DNA of 63,947 nucleotides, filler included, from an uncultured bacterium (GCA_964449065.1; 5 parts of 5 records of this genome joined end to end with filler, not necessarily neighbours in it); one strand, 5' to 3'; shown: positions 9,729 through 19,832, numbered from the whole stretch's first letter. Notes: generated by a model not told the origin, from the letters alone. Made by a program: numbers and translations.

Positions 9729-10279
9729 TGAGAAACTTTATTTTGGTTCTTGTTCCCAATCTCATCACCTCTTTCAACTTTATCTTTGGTCTGGCTTCCC
9801 TTGCGTTGCTTTGGAGGGATCAAACCGGGGGGGCGGCTGTTCTGATTTTGACCGCGGGTATGTGCGATTGGCTGGATGGATATACGGCGCGCAAACTGGG
9901 AGCAAGCAGCACATTTGGATTGTGGTTTGATTCGTTCGCGGATCTGGTGTCTTTCGGGTTCGCGTCCGCGCTTTTGGTTTTTCAGAAAAGTATGAATGAC
10001 TTTGGATGGCCGGGCGTTCTTTGGGTGGTGATCTATATTTTGGCGGTATTCATTCGGTTGATTCGCTATTCGATGGAACACAAGAAAGATGAAGCGGCGG
10101 AATACAAAGGAGTGCCTTGTCCGGTTGCCGGGTGCTATTTCGGACTCATCATTCTGATTGATCAGGTCATTCCGTTTAACTGGAGTATGCAGGTTATTTT
10201 AATATTTGTTCCAGCCATTGCGTTTCCTGTGCTTATGCTGTCGGTATTTCCGTTTCCCAAATCATTGAAATTTCAGTAA
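9728..10279 (+). CDS. pssA: CDP-alcohol phosphatidyltransferase (PssA-like)
   Basis: PNLITSFN, DWLDGYTAR..G..FDSFADLVSFG; GTG 9728 overlaps the upstream stop. Confidence 0.75.
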   Translation: MRNFILVLVPNLITSFNFIFGLASLALLWRDQTGGAAVLILTAGMCDWLDGYTARKLGASSTFGLWFDSFADLVSFGFASALLVFQKSMNDFGWPGVLWVVIYILAVFIRLIRYSMEHKKDEAAEYKGVPCPVAGCYFGLIILIDQVIPFNWSMQVILIFVPAIAFPVLMLSVFPFPKSLKFQ

Positions 10280-10381
10280 CACAACATGGGGGGGGAGACG
10301 TTCTTGATGAAGAGCAATTGCGGGGGATGGCGAGGTAGGTTGTATTCGCCGAATACAAACAGATAGGATATTCACTTCATT

Positions 10382-11087
10382 CTATACTTTTTCTAATGGA
10401 ACGGAGTCAAAAATTGTTTCTGCTAGTTGATAAAGGCTTTCATAGTCATATTTTTTCCCCAGTTTTGGTTCCCAGTAGCGTCCATGTGCTAGCCAATGTC
10501 TGTAGTTGAATGCCCCTTTAANNNNNNNNNNNNNNNNNNNNNNNNNNNNNNNNNNNNNNNNNNNNNNNNNNNNNNNNNNNNNNNNNNNNNNNNNNNNNNN
10601 NNNNNNNNNNNNNNNNNNNNNGGTTCCCAGTAGCGTCCATGTGCTAGCCAATGTCTGTAGTTGAATGCCCCTTTAATTTCTCCAATAAAATGTCTTTGTG
10701 ACGAAATATCAGAAATGAGTAATTCTTCTTTCCATATATCAAAAATATCTTCTAAAGGAACATTTCTTTCATATTGTTTACGGATTTGTCGGAACTTTTT
10801 TGATAAAGAATCTTTCATTTTTTTGTTCATTCTTTGTAAGAAATCAATCCGAAAAGCGGCTTCAATAGCTGATAGAATACTCAATGAAGATGTGACTTCA
10901 ATTTCATTGAGCCTATTTTTTCTTTCAAGAGCAAGTATTGAAGGAGAATATCCAATAAAACGGGTTTCAAAAAGTTCATGTCTGGGGCTAAAATATACTA
11001 GAATAGCTTGATCAAGGTCTTCATAATGCTTGTTAATATCTTCTAAATGTAGATGTGTTTAATTGAAAATACAATCCGTCTAGCCAT
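10382..11087 (-). pseudogene. HEPN-motif (RxxxxH) hypothetical protein, frameshifted near its start and split by a scaffold gap
   Basis: ATG 11087 frame stops after 14 codons; main frame HLHLEDI...LSAIEAAFRIDFLQR...FNYRHWLAHGRYWEPK; gap flanks duplicate 55 bp. Confidence 0.6.
10522..10621. other. Scaffold gap (100 N) with duplicated flanks
   Basis: 10467-10521 is identical to 10622-10676, so the gap is really an overlap. Confidence 0.9.
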
Positions 11088-11631
11088 TGATAACTTCCAT
11101 TAAAGCATCAAAAAAAGACTCTTCATTCAATTCTTCAAAATGGATATGAGGGGGAGAAGTGGCTATTTTCCATACAATTTCGGTTTGGTCTGCTTCTTGA
11201 TTTTCCTTAACTTTTTGTATGCTGCTATCTCGTATTGTTACTGTCATACGTGGTGAAGTTGTATTCTTATCTACCAATATGAAACGAATAGTTCCGGCAA
11301 AGCCAGACATATCAACTCGACCTATTGTCCCAATCAAATTTGTTCCTATTGGATCTAGGGTGACTGTTTCGCCATTGATTTTGATCAATAATTTTTCTAC
11401 CTCATATTCACCTATGCGTTCTTCTTGGATAAGTTTGGGTTCTCGTTTTAGAATTATTTTCCCGGATTTTATATAGTGATCCAACCAGTTTTCTATTTGT
11501 TCATATAAAACTGAGAGATATCCCATCCATTCTTCTTTTTTTTGATTCCAGTCAACTGTTTCAATCGTTGATGTTTCTTGCTGGTGGCTTAAAAATTCTT
11601 CAAATTTTGCTTTACCCATTTTGAATCTCAC
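11080..11631 (-). CDS. Hypothetical protein (AT-rich island)
   Basis: 183-aa ORF, VDWNQKKEEW...IGRVDM; alternative ATG 11619; 3' end overlaps the start of the HEPN-motif gene. Confidence 0.8.
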   Translation of the reverse strand: MRFKMGKAKFEEFLSHQQETSTIETVDWNQKKEEWMGYLSVLYEQIENWLDHYIKSGKIILKREPKLIQEERIGEYEVEKLLIKINGETVTLDPIGTNLIGTIGRVDMSGFAGTIRFILVDKNTTSPRMTVTIRDSSIQKVKENQEADQTEIVWKIATSPPHIHFEELNEESFFDALMEVING

Positions 11632-11677
11632 ATTCTGTTTTGCATAATTTAGCGGTATTTTACCATGATAAAAGATT

Positions 11678-11983
11678 TTATCCCAAAGAAGATACAGATA
11701 ATCTTAATCCTAATGCTTCGAGGATCTTTTCAAGTGTATCCAGACGTGGGTTACCGTTTTGGGATAATACTTTATAAAGCGACATCTTTGGCATATCTAT
11801 TTTTTTTGCGAATGTGTGGATTCCACCTTGTGCTTCAATTACATCACGTAAAGCGACTAAAAAAAGCGTAGGATCTTTTTCGGTTTGGCTGTCTTCCAAC
11901 GCTAATTCAAGATACTCTTTAGAGTATGCTTCATCTTTGAGTTCTTTATACAAATAATCTTCAAATTTTATGGATGGACTCAT
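11678..11983 (-). CDS. Addiction module antidote protein (HTH antitoxin)
   Basis: YLELALED...FLVALRDVIEAQGG...SLYKVLSQNGNPRLDTLEKILEALG; ATGA overlap with the toxin. Confidence 0.9.
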   Translation of the reverse strand: MSPSIKFEDYLYKELKDEAYSKEYLELALEDSQTEKDPTLFLVALRDVIEAQGGIHTFAKKIDMPKMSLYKVLSQNGNPRLDTLEKILEALGLRLSVSSLG

Positions 11984-12312
11984 GATATTTCCTCGATATA
12001 TTTCTTCAAATACGCTTGTGCAATTTCTATATCCTTTTGTTGTTCCTTTTTATCTCCACCGGTTAATAACAAAATAATTTTGTTCCCTACAATTCCGAAA
12101 TACACTCTATAACCACTGCCAAACATAAACCGGAATTCATATACACCATTTCCAACACTTTTGTGATCACATAAACCTCCGTGTTGAATTCTTCTCATTC
12201 TTGCTTCAATTCTTTTCTTTATGCTTTGATCTAATTTATCCAACCAATCAGCAAAAGGGATCTTTCCTGTTTGTGTTTGATATAGTTCTATTTCCCAATT
12301 TTGTGTATTCAT
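11980..12312 (-). CDS. RelE/ParE-family addiction module killer protein
   Basis: PFADWLDKL..RIEARMRRI..G..KSVGNGVYEFR..GSGYRVYF..LLLTGGDK..Q.KDI. Confidence 0.9.
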   Translation of the reverse strand: MNTQNWEIELYQTQTGKIPFADWLDKLDQSIKKRIEARMRRIQHGGLCDHKSVGNGVYEFRFMFGSGYRVYFGIVGNKIILLLTGGDKKEQQKDIEIAQAYLKKYIEEIS

Positions 12313-12400
12313 TGCCAGTAAATTATAGTCTACTTTCAAAATAAAAAAAAGAATCTTTCACCAGATAGACTCTTTCAAAATTGTGTGAATCTTAAGATAT

Positions 12401-12979
12401 TTACTGCGAAGGCGTCACCCAGTCCGCTACGTGTGCCCCGCCGCCGCGGAACAGGTCTCCCCGGCTGATGAGCCCGTTGGAGACATGATAAACCAACCCG
12501 GCTCGCGGGTAAGCGTGAGTATCATAATCGTCGCCTTTATCCGGGCCGGAACTTTCCAAATGATACACGTTGGTGGGGTATTCATGCGGGTATACCGGAC
12601 CATTGTTTCGCTTTCCGGAACCCAATTCGATGAAGGAATCAATCTCATTGGAGAATAGGTTTGTGGAGCCGTCGAACGATGTGCTTTTGATGAACGGATT
12701 TCTCATCCCGTTTGTGCCGCTCATGTAAGCGATGGGTGAGGTGAGCTGCTTAAGGCCGAAGAAGTCGTTCGAATCGGTCGCCCACCAGGGGAAGGAGTTG
12801 TAATCCAGCCGGTACATTTCCACCGCGGTGCTGACGCTTTTCATATTCGCGGTTGCCTGCGCGAGTTTGGCCTTGGTCTGCGCGTTGATAAAGTTGGGGA
12901 CGGCGATGGCGGCCAATATCCCGATGATCGCGACGACGATTAGAAGTTCGATTAATGTAAATGCTGATTTGGTTTTCAT
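12401..12979 (-). CDS. Prepilin-type N-terminal cleavage/methylation domain protein
   Basis: AFTLIELLIVVAIIGILAAIAVPNFINAQ; GGAG RBS. Confidence 0.9.
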   Translation of the reverse strand: MKTKSAFTLIELLIVVAIIGILAAIAVPNFINAQTKAKLAQATANMKSVSTAVEMYRLDYNSFPWWATDSNDFFGLKQLTSPIAYMSGTNGMRNPFIKSTSFDGSTNLFSNEIDSFIELGSGKRNNGPVYPHEYPTNVYHLESSGPDKGDDYDTHAYPRAGLVYHVSNGLISRGDLFRGGGAHVADWVTPSQ

Positions 12980-13037
12980 TTCAATTTGCTCCCATTGGTG
13001 CTGAATTTAGAAATCGTTTTGATAGAGATCATGATGT

Positions 13038-13067
13038 GCTTCCGGCCCGGCGGGAGCCTCGCCCTCC
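13038..13067 (+). repeat. REP-like repeat, family C
   Basis: Copy of 6769-6798. Confidence 0.75.
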
Positions 13068-13167
13068 CATACCGCTTTGAAGATTGAAAATCTAATTCTA
13101 CCGCTTTAACGTTAATCTTTTGTTACGAAGAGTTTGATCTTTGGTTAAGCCGGACTAATTCACGAAA

Positions 13168-13184
13168 TTGGCATAGATGATGCA
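13168..13184 (+). promoter_or_regulatory. Sigma-54 (-24/-12) promoter candidate
   Basis: TTGGCATAGATGATGCA, exact GG-N10-GC spacing, about 45 bp upstream of ATG 13230. Confidence 0.6.
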
Positions 13185-13229
13185 CTATAGCTAATTAAGC
13201 ACCCATTTCTTCGACAAGGAGAGGTAAAA

Positions 13230-13724
13230 ATGTCCGGAATACAAGTTCCAGGAGGAAAATTTGTCCCTCCCATTCAACCCAATCCTGATGTATCACGGCT
13301 GGTACAAAACAAGTCATATAATGAGGTCCAGCCCTCACAAGTCTCATTTTCTCATGCGTTAAAAAGCCGGATGAACCAGGCTCCACGGCAAGCGGCACAG
13401 CCGCAGCCGGCGCAATCCTCTCCACCGCCGCAAGCGATTCCAATTCCAGATACATTACCATCCAAAGTGGCGCAGGGGAAAGATTTGGAAAACCAGATTA
13501 TTCAAAATATGCAGAGATACAATCAAATGGAGGCGAAAAATGTGAACCAGCCCAATGCCGAACCGGTGCGGCTGTCTTCACAGCCCGGCATTGACGCCGC
13601 GATGCGCAACGCCCAAGCCGCCGCCGGAAATGGGAACGTATCACAACCAACTTACAGCCGGCAAACGGCTGCGCAAAAAACCGAACCCGCCAGCGCGATG
13701 AATTCGGTCTTCGCGCGCGGTTAC
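13230..13724 (+). CDS. Hypothetical Q/P/A-rich protein, 3'-truncated at contig end
   Basis: AAGGAGAGG RBS; frame open into the N run. Confidence 0.7.
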
Positions 13725-13824
13725 NNNNNNNNNNNNNNNNNNNNNNNNNNNNNNNNNNNNNNNNNNNNTTAATTAATTAANNNNNNNNNNNNNNNNNNNN
13801 NNNNNNNNNNNNNNNNNNNNNNNN
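13725..13824. other. Artificial contig-join spacer
   Basis: N44-TTAATTAATTAA-N44 (stops in all six frames). Confidence 0.95.
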
Positions 13825-13862
13825 CCCCTACCCCCCTTAATAAGGGGGGATAACAACGACAG
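13825..13862 (+). repeat. REP-like palindrome, family B unit 2
   Basis: CCCCTACCCCCCTTAATAAGGGGGGATAACAACGACAG; matches 19708-19747. Confidence 0.7.
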
Positions 13863-13929
13863 TCTCTTCGTTGCGTAACATCAGTTATTGATTTGAATAT
13901 TTATTGATCTGCAGAGCATCGGGAAAAAC

Positions 13930-16392
13930 ATGGCATCCAAAACAAAGCAAAACAAACAACCGGAATTCCCCGGATTTGTCAATAAAATGTCCGAAGCGGT
14001 GTCTTCGGTCACGACCCAAACATCGGAAGCAATTACCGACGCGTGGGATGAGCTGGATGAAGAGCGTCAGCAGGAAATCATTGCGATTCCGCTATTGGCG
14101 GTTGCACTGATATCATTTTTGGCGCTGATTTCTTATCACCCCGCTGACATTACCATCATCACCCAAAACGCGGCCGCGGCACAAAAAACCATCCACAATT
14201 GGATCGGTGTGCCCGGCGCGTGGCTGGCGCACAGCATCGTGAATGTGTTAGGAGCGGTGGGGTATATTCTGCCGGCGTTCTTTTTGATGTGGGCGGTTGA
14301 CCGTATCCGGCCCATTGAAAACCAAATCACCCCGATGCGTATATTTGGTTTTACCCTTTTAATTGTTTGTCTTTCCACCCTAATGGGTCTCATTGCCGAG
14401 CATACCACTCCTGCGAATGCGGTAGACCGTGCCGAGCGCATCTGGCGCACCAGCGGGGCGGTGGGGTATGTGTTCAGCCGCCGGCTGCTGGAGATGGGAA
14501 CCGTAGGCGCTTATATCACCTCGCTTTCTTGCACGGCGGTTTCTCTAATCCTTTGTACACCGTTCTTGTTCTCAAACGCTGTGGCGCGGGTCATGGATTA
14601 CTTCTTCCCGCTGCGTGATGAGGATGAACTGGATGCCGGTGAGTATGATGATGAAGATGATTTCTCTCTTGATCCGTTGAATGAAGAAACTTTGCCGAAG
14701 ACAGCCTCTCCGGCATTTGACGAATGGGACGATGAATATTACGAACCGCCTATCGTCAATACGGATGAAGAAGTAGAAGAACTCCCCTCGCTGCTGGATG
14801 AAGAAACCGGAGAGGATCCGCCCATTTCTACCTATGAAGAAGAGCGGGATGACGGGGATGAGCCTCTTATCATCACCAATGAAGAAGACTCGCCCGAAGA
14901 AGTGGATATGGGTGTGAACCTGGTGAAAACCCCCAGCAATGTTGATTTTCAATTGCCGCCGTTGCATTTGTTGGAACGTCCGGAAAACAACCGGCCGGAA
15001 GTAGACCGGGAAGAGATTATCTATAACTCACACATGCTGGAAAAAACCCTGAAGGAGTTCAATATTCCCGTTAAGGTGGTTGAGGTGAATTACGGCCCGA
15101 CGCTAACGTGTTATGAACTCGAGCCGGCACCCGGGATAAAGATCAGCCGGATTGAAAACCTGGCGAATGATATTACCCGCGCGCTCAAAGCGTTCTCGGT
15201 GCGGATTGTGGCGCCGATCCCCGGTAAAGGGACGGTGGGTGTGGAAGTGCCGAACCGCAACCGCTCGGATGTATTCTTGCGCGACATCTTGGCTTGTGAG
15301 GCGTATCAGAAAACGAAATCCAAACTGAAAATCGCGTTGGGTAAAACCATTAGCGGAGAACCGTATGTGTTTGATTTGATCAAGGCTCCGCACCTGTTGG
15401 TTGCGGGTGCAACCGGGTCCGGGAAATCGGTTTGTATCAACTCGATTATTTCCTCGTTTTTGTACAATGCCGCCCCGCATGAAGTGAAGTTGATGCTGGT
15501 TGACCCGAAACAGGTTGAACTGGCGCTTTACCGCGATATCCCGCATTTGCTGTGCCCGGTGATTACCGATCCCAAAAAGGCGGGAGCCGCTTTGCGCTGG
15601 GCGGTGGAAGAAATGGAAACCCGCTACCGCTATCTGAAAAAGTGCGGCGTACGCAACCTGGAAGAGTACAATAACAAGCGCATGGCGCAGCAGGAAGGAA
15701 AAATTGCCGAAACCGAATCCTCGGCCATATTGCCGGGATTTTTGCCGTATATCGTGGTGGTGATAGATGAATTGGCGGATTTGATGATGATGGTTCGGGT
15801 AGAGGTGGAAGCCGCGATTGCCCGGTTGGCCGCCATGGCGCGCGCGGTGGGGATTCATTTGGTGCTGGCGACGCAGCGTCCTTCGGTGGATGTGTTGACC
15901 GGGGTGATTAAAAACAACTTCCCGTCGCGGATGGCGTTCCAGGTATCCTCTACGGCGGACTCACGTACTATCTTGGATATGAAGGGCGCGGAATCGCTGT
16001 TAGGCCGCGGCGATATGCTGGTGTCGGCAGGGGGAGCGAACAGACCTGAACGCTTGCAGAGTTCATTTATTTCGACCGAAGAATTGGAAGATGTAGTGAA
16101 GTTTGTGAAGAACCAGCAGGATGTGGAGTACATTCAGGAAGAATTCACCCCCTTGGAAGATTCGTCTTCCAGTGGCAGCGGGTATGGCGAGGCTTCGGAA
16201 GAGGATGATTTGTATAACGAAGCCGTGCAGATTGTGTTGGAGAATGATTCGGCATCGACATCGCTGTTGCAGCGCCGCATGAAGATCGGCTACGGCCGCG
16301 CCGCCCGCCTCTTAGACCTGATGGAAGAAAACGGCATCGTCGGCCCCCCCCGCGGCAGCAAACCCCGCGAGATTGTGATAAATAAAGGGTGA
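13930..16392 (+). CDS. ftsK: DNA translocase FtsK/SpoIIIE
   Basis: N-terminal TM region, acidic linker, PHLLVAGATGSGKS, IDELADLM, ATQRPSVDV, gamma domain SLLQRRMKIGYGRAAR. Confidence 0.97.
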   Translation: MASKTKQNKQPEFPGFVNKMSEAVSSVTTQTSEAITDAWDELDEERQQEIIAIPLLAVALISFLALISYHPADITIITQNAAAAQKTIHNWIGVPGAWLAHSIVNVLGAVGYILPAFFLMWAVDRIRPIENQITPMRIFGFTLLIVCLSTLMGLIAEHTTPANAVDRAERIWRTSGAVGYVFSRRLLEMGTVGAYITSLSCTAVSLILCTPFLFSNAVARVMDYFFPLRDEDELDAGEYDDEDDFSLDPLNEETLPKTASPAFDEWDDEYYEPPIVNTDEEVEELPSLLDEETGEDPPISTYEEERDDGDEPLIITNEEDSPEEVDMGVNLVKTPSNVDFQLPPLHLLERPENNRPEVDREEIIYNSHMLEKTLKEFNIPVKVVEVNYGPTLTCYELEPAPGIKISRIENLANDITRALKAFSVRIVAPIPGKGTVGVEVPNRNRSDVFLRDILACEAYQKTKSKLKIALGKTISGEPYVFDLIKAPHLLVAGATGSGKSVCINSIISSFLYNAAPHEVKLMLVDPKQVELALYRDIPHLLCPVITDPKKAGAALRWAVEEMETRYRYLKKCGVRNLEEYNNKRMAQQEGKIAETESSAILPGFLPYIVVVIDELADLMMMVRVEVEAAIARLAAMARAVGIHLVLATQRPSVDVLTGVIKNNFPSRMAFQVSSTADSRTILDMKGAESLLGRGDMLVSAGGANRPERLQSSFISTEELEDVVKFVKNQQDVEYIQEEFTPLEDSSSSGSGYGEASEEDDLYNEAVQIVLENDSASTSLLQRRMKIGYGRAARLLDLMEENGIVGPPRGSKPREIVINKG

Positions 16393-16504
16393 TAGGCGTA
16401 TTAAACCAATTCCATTTGGGATTATCAGCGAAAGAATCACTTAGATGGTCATGGTGGGCTACGCTTCGTTTTGAGCCCAACCTACAGTTACTACAGTTAC
16501 ACCC

Positions 16505-16822
16505 TAATGTCATTGACTGAAGGAAATCAACCTGAAAAACAACGCTTTGTCTCCCCCAAAGCATTTGGGGGAGATGTCCGACGCAAGGAAGACAGAGGGG
16601 GTGCGAAGAGAACCATAAACCAGAATGATTCAACCAATTGTTTAGAAGTCGTTTCCTGGGCAATCTAACGAAGCAATCGGTTAAGCCGTTTACCCCAATG
16701 GGGTTACAGATGATAGCCAGGGGCAGAGTGACCGAAGGGAACGCCGACCCTGGAAATGTGAGAGAAAATCTGACCCTGAACGAGTCTAAGAAATGAGTAG
16801 GTTCTTTAAGTCAATGACATTA
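16505..16822. mobile_element. 318-bp non-autonomous IS4-family-like MITE
   Basis: TIRs TAATGTCATTGACTGAAGGAA (16505-16525) and the reverse complement of 16802-16822 match at 19/21; 11-bp direct repeat CAGTTACACCC at 16494-16504 and 16823-16833; no transposase. Confidence 0.85.
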
Positions 16823-16902
16823 CAGTTACACCCTACCGTTTCATTATTCCGTATGGTTGCGTAAACGATCAATCACTTTTTATAGCCAAGCTTGGAATAA
16901 AA

Positions 16903-17268
16903 TCATTTTGGATGAATTTTTTCTTGTAAAGACTTTAGCCGCATTTGATCTGCTTGTTTATCCAAAAAAATATTGCGCGCAATCTTGAGACTTTGTTCAA
17001 AGATAAACTGATCCCGAACGCGATTTTTATGAGAATACACTTCCGCCTCCCGCTTTAATGCGGTGTAAAGCCGAATGGTATTTTGCAGTTGCAAATCGCG
17101 AATTCGGTCTCTCGTATGAATTTTTTTCATTTCTTTCCGGGCTGCATCTGTTTGCCGGGGCACGTTGAATCCTGAAGCCGCCTCTGACTCGATCCCTTTT
17201 GTATAGGAAACCGTTCGAACACAACCAAGGAACAAAACAAAAAACACAATCCAATACAGTCCACGCAT
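16903..17268 (-). CDS. Putative lipoprotein
   Basis: MRGLYWIVFFVLFLGC lipobox; GGAG/GAGG upstream. Confidence 0.7.
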   Translation of the reverse strand: MRGLYWIVFFVLFLGCVRTVSYTKGIESEAASGFNVPRQTDAARKEMKKIHTRDRIRDLQLQNTIRLYTALKREAEVYSHKNRVRDQFIFEQSLKIARNIFLDKQADQMRLKSLQEKIHPK

Positions 17269-17280
17269 TTCCTCTACTCC

Positions 17281-18150
17281 TTATGGTTGCAGATAATAAT
17301 AACTTTCCAATGGGTTCTCCGTAGAAGCGGCCAACGGCAGCCACCAACCCGCGATGATGACAGCGATGGAAAGTGTGATTGAAGTCAGCAAGCCTTCCAG
17401 CCAAATGAATTGAAAACGCAGGAAATGGTCCCAAGAAACCGGAAACAATAACAACAGCCAAATCACCGCCATGCTACCGCAATACAAAAGCGCGGCAATC
17501 AAGCCGTGCAGTGCGACCAATTTTCCCAAGATCCATTCGGGGGATATTTGCGATCCCGCGCCGAGCAATCCGTTTTGTACCGCGTTCCGCCGAAAAAAGA
17601 CATGAGGACGATACCACAATAGGATCAAGCATATCAATATCAACCATACCGAGAAAAAATAATATAGTACATTTCCCTGTCTCTGCATCGATGTGAAAAG
17701 CCGTTTGAGTTTGAAGTATCTTTCTTGATCCCACTCTACAGACGCAACTCCCGAAATCGCTTCTAGCTGAGAGGCAATGTTTTCCAGTTTGGTCAGCGGT
17801 TTTACATGCGGTTCGGTCGAAGCAAATACAAAATAGGGCATATAGTTTTCCCAAACTTGTTCCCATTGCGGGGCCAGTTCTTGCGGCCCGTCCCAAGCGG
17901 GAATGGAGCGGTCTAAATATACCGTTTGCATCCCCTCAATCGAGGCAATGGTCTCCACAATCGCGTCGGCTTCAAATTGATACGATTCGGATTGAAGTTG
18001 GATCGAAAACGCAAAGGGCGTAAACGAAGTGATCCACTGCTGCTTTTCCACCTGCCAAATGATTTGCAGTGTAGATTGCAGCACCACACACAATGGAACA
18101 ATCAACACCAAAAGCCAATAGACGGACCTGAGATTTTTTGTTAGCTGCAA
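17281..18150 (-). CDS. Membrane protein, divergent FtsX-like
   Basis: One TM, extracytoplasmic domain ending LEAISGVASVEWDQE, then three TMs with LLGAG. Confidence 0.55.
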   Translation of the reverse strand: MQLTKNLRSVYWLLVLIVPLCVVLQSTLQIIWQVEKQQWITSFTPFAFSIQLQSESYQFEADAIVETIASIEGMQTVYLDRSIPAWDGPQELAPQWEQVWENYMPYFVFASTEPHVKPLTKLENIASQLEAISGVASVEWDQERYFKLKRLFTSMQRQGNVLYYFFSVWLILICLILLWYRPHVFFRRNAVQNGLLGAGSQISPEWILGKLVALHGLIAALLYCGSMAVIWLLLLFPVSWDHFLRFQFIWLEGLLTSITLSIAVIIAGWWLPLAASTENPLESYYYLQP

Positions 18151-18348
18151 TGGATTTCACCGGTAAAAACGAAAGTTGATTTTAAATGATACCCCGGCAA
18201 AAGTAAAATCAACAATACACGATGGCGTATATTGCAGTGTGGGTATCATCCTTGTACAGTATACGGCAGCAGGTTGGAAGTCTGCACCACAATTTTTAAC
18301 TTTTTGCCGCTCTGTCTCGAAATGACAATTGACCTTTCGTGAATTAAT

Positions 18349-19344
18349 TTATCCACTCTTCTTGATTGTTTCTAATAGTATCTCAGCCAGATGGAATGCC
18401 TCTTCCGTTATAGAAAGCACTGTTGAAGGACCCCAAGGCTTATGGCGGGCAGGATCGGTTGGGCCATATAAAGCGAAGGTTGGTTTTTCCAAAGCCCCGG
18501 CGATATGAACCGGGCCGGTGTCTCCTCCAGCCACAAAGGCTGAAAGCCGAATCAATTCGATCAACCCGGGGATATCCAACTCCGGTGCGAGTAGTATAGG
18601 AGCATTAACGGCTTGGGGCATCATCTCTTGGGTCTCTTCTTTCCGTCCGGGACTGCAAGAAAACACCACCGGTATGTTCTGCCGCGATAACTCTTTTGCC
18701 AATTGCGAGTACCGTTCAGACGGCCAGTCCTTTTCCGCTCTGCCGGTAAACGGGATCAACAGAACATAGCCCCGATCAATTTTATGATCATGTATCCAAT
18801 TGAATATCAACTGTTTCCGCCACGAATGGGACGAAATTCTAAATTCGATCTTGGGTTCCTTGATTCCAAGCGCGGTCAATAAATGCATGTTTCGTTCAAA
18901 CACATGCCGGTGTTGCGGCAATGGTTCAACCTGGATGTTGTTGAGCCAAGTGCTGATTTCTTTTCCTTCGCCTTTGCCATGCCCGATGCGCTTTTGGGTA
19001 CCGCTTAAATAGCCAATCACCGCGCTTTTGGTGTTGCTCTGCACATCAATAACAACATCAAACTTACGCTTGCGCAGCCTTTGAAGCAGCCGGAATCCCT
19101 CTTTCAATATCTTCCACTTTGAAGGTTCTTTTTTCCACCGCGCGCGTGGAAACAGAATCAGTTCATCCAATCCCGGAAGATTGTGTAGCAGCGGGGCCAT
19201 GTTATCCTGCACAATCCATGCAAGATGGGCTTCCGGAAAGCGTTTGCGCAACGCAAGAAATACAGGGATAGCCGCTACACAATCCCCCAGGGCGGATAGG
19301 CGTATCAGTAGAATTCTTTGAACGGATTGAGGTGAACGGTTCAT
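18349..19344 (-). CDS. Glycosyltransferase family 9 (LPS heptosyltransferase)
   Basis: ILLIRLSALGD, FDVVIDVQ, KDWP, GGDTGPVHIAGAL, LYGPT. Confidence 0.92.
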   Translation of the reverse strand: MNRSPQSVQRILLIRLSALGDCVAAIPVFLALRKRFPEAHLAWIVQDNMAPLLHNLPGLDELILFPRARWKKEPSKWKILKEGFRLLQRLRKRKFDVVIDVQSNTKSAVIGYLSGTQKRIGHGKGEGKEISTWLNNIQVEPLPQHRHVFERNMHLLTALGIKEPKIEFRISSHSWRKQLIFNWIHDHKIDRGYVLLIPFTGRAEKDWPSERYSQLAKELSRQNIPVVFSCSPGRKEETQEMMPQAVNAPILLAPELDIPGLIELIRLSAFVAGGDTGPVHIAGALEKPTFALYGPTDPARHKPWGPSTVLSITEEAFHLAEILLETIKKSG

Positions 19345-19641
19345 ACGTTGAATCCCAACGAGACACGGAAAACCTTAGAAAATTTCGGCTAGCAATTGGA
19401 CAAACCACAAAAAATCACTATGATGGTAGCGGGAATGTGTATGGATTCAAATGCTTGGTTCCAAGTGCCGGTATGCATATCGGTTGGATTGAAACCGGTT
19501 AACAAATAACAAATTCTTGGGTACCCGATATACTTGTAGTAATACTTGTAGATTATCAAGGCTGACATGATGGGTGAATGCTTACCCATCCTCATGAAAT
19601 GAGTGGTTTCAGTCATTCACAAGCGTTAGCGCAGTGTTGTA

Positions 19642-19747
19642 CCTCCCTGCATAAGGGGGTGGAGCCGAAGGCTCCGGGGGATTTTGCGTAGTTGAAAGCG
19701 TGCTTCGATCCCCCCTACTCCCCTTAACAAGGGGGGAACAACGACAG
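19642..19747. repeat. REP-like composite palindromes, family B (units 1+2)
   Basis: Both units recur inverted at 40673-40785; unit 2 also at 13825. Confidence 0.75.
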
Positions 19748-19832
19748 ACTTCTTAACAATGGGAGAATATATTTACCTACTATCATTTCATTGTTGAAAG
19801 ACTACTAGAACATGAGGAGGCCGCACCGCTCC

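Noticed and set aside
10467..10676. 55-bp direct repeat
   Set aside because: It flanks a 100-N scaffold gap and is an unmerged overlap.
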